The translations under genes were made by a program, and so were the position numbers. Below are positions 38,332-39,183 of a stretch of DNA of 39,183 nt, piece by piece (the first letter of the stretch is position 1; each line of letters opens with the position of its first letter). The notes below the pieces were generated by a model. The model searched no databases and was not told the DNA's origin. It was given only the letters and a program-made list of their open reading frames with translations. Source of the DNA: Actinomycetota bacterium (GTDB taxonomy: Bacteria > Actinomycetota > Actinomycetes > S36-B12 > UBA5976); NCBI GenBank assembly GCA_041158245.1, contig JBEBBT010000065.1:1-39183 (forward strand), given 5' to 3'.

Positions 38332-39183
38332 TTAATTGACTGGGGTAAAAAGTGCGTCCCAGTTTTCAATCTTCAAGGTGTAAAGGCCGCCACCTTCGAA
38401 AACTGAACCCTTGAAAGCAAGGTCTTCATCAGTCGAAGTTGTAATTGCCTTTGCATTTACAGATAGCCCACTGTTTCCAACATTTAGATCACCATTCAAA
38501 GTGACTGTGTTTTTCACAGTGACAGTGAATGTGTCATTGTCTGGATTGACGGCGGTTACTGAATAGGTGCCATTTACTTCAGCTGTTCCACCGAAGATGG
38601 TCACGATGTCATTGGCAGCAAGTTCTCCAGTATCTGTCACAGTAACTGTCATCGTGGTGGATGAAGCTACGTGATTTATGTTGGTAATCGTGTAGTTGGT
38701 TTGAGCAACTAGGTCCGGACGCAACAGTGCTGCAGCGCGGGCCTTTAGCGGATCTGAACCAAATGAGTTACCGCTTCCGTCCTTAGAAACAGGGTGAATC
38801 TGTGCATTGAACATGAAGTAGCTTGCTCCATCACCAAGTTTGAAGTACTTAGTTGCATCAAAGATGCCGCTTGATTCTTCATCATTGGTGAGGTAGCTGT
38901 CTACGCTGCTTGGCGCGAAATATGTTGGATCAAATTGTGCAACACTTACAAGTGCTTTGTCAGACAAGCGAAGCGCTAGCAGACGTGCAATGTGGTTGTT
39001 TGAACCTGGATCTTCTTGAATCATTACATATTGGCCGTTAGCGCTGAATGACAAGTTGTCAGGCTTATTCAATTTGATTGAACCATCGTTGGTTGGTGCT
39101 TCGGTGCCATCAAGAATCAATTCAAGATTCGCACCAAGTTCTGGATGTGCAACATCAACGAATGTCAACTTCCAAAGTCCGCC
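38332..39183 (-). CDS. secreted beta-propeller phosphatase-like protein (PhoX/DUF839-like), C-terminal part; 5' end lies outside the window
   Basis: The reading frame stays open to the window edge (GGLWK precedes the track's TTG). Motifs PDNLSFSANGQYVMIQEDPG and TNDEESSGI resemble the PhoX/DUF839 C-terminal blades. An extra T/V-rich domain of about 110 aa follows. It sits next to the pst genes. Confidence 0.45.
   Translation of the reverse strand, partial: GGLWKLTFVDVAHPELGANLELILDGTEAPTNDGSIKLNKPDNLSFSANGQYVMIQEDPGSNNHIARLLALRLSDKALVSVAQFDPTYFAPSSVDSYLTNDEESSGIFDATKYFKLGDGASYFMFNAQIHPVSKDGSGNSFGSDPLKARAAALLRPDLVAQTNYTITNINHVASSTTMTVTVTDTGELAANDIVTIFGGTAEVNGTYSVTAVNPDNDTFTVTVKNTVTLNGDLNVGNSGLSVNAKAITTSTDEDLAFKGSVFEGGGLYTLKIENWDALFTPVN

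Overview
This window looks like core chromosome from a streamlined, relatively AT-rich actinobacterium. The phylum call is an inference from the bS22 mini-protein, a BldC-like regulator, DUF3073, ClpC1, and gene order that parallels Mycobacterium Rv0500-0502, Rv3585-3603c and Rv0772-0809. A freshwater acI/Nanopelagicales-type lineage is plausible but unproven, and I did not compute GC content. Genes are packed very tightly, with about a dozen 1-, 4- or 8-26-nt start/stop overlaps and intergenic gaps mostly under 160 bp.

Content, left to right:
- Acyltransferase, bS22, HTH protein, AcuC-like deacetylase and proC.
- A Cys-rich conserved protein, a 4-TM protein and a ZAS-like membrane regulator.
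- radA with a translationally coupled 59-aa HhH mini-protein, then a membrane-anchored protein.
- clpC, ppc, a short-form argA-like GNAT and lysS.
- coaX, nadC, nadB, panC and a DUF2520 protein.
- A bldC-like gene and DUF3073.
- A 13-kb co-directional purine array: purA, GNAT, class-III aminotransferase, purD, purB, purC, purS, purQ, purL, an SCP2-like gene, purF and purM.
- A phosphate-acquisition block: a PhoX-like gene (5'-truncated at the window edge), a terminator, pstC-pstA-pstB, a terminator, then pstS.

I found no rRNA, tRNA, CRISPR array, transposase, integrase or recognisable defence genes. I do not see a convincing new multi-gene system. The best leads are:
- an orphan sigma-region-4/ZAS fusion protein;
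- small unlisted ORFs (bS22 and the HhH protein);
- 10-bp direct repeats in front of the bldC-like gene;
- Pho-box-like repeats upstream of pstC;
- several locus-specific gene replacements relative to other Actinobacteria (disA, lsr2, panD, nadA).
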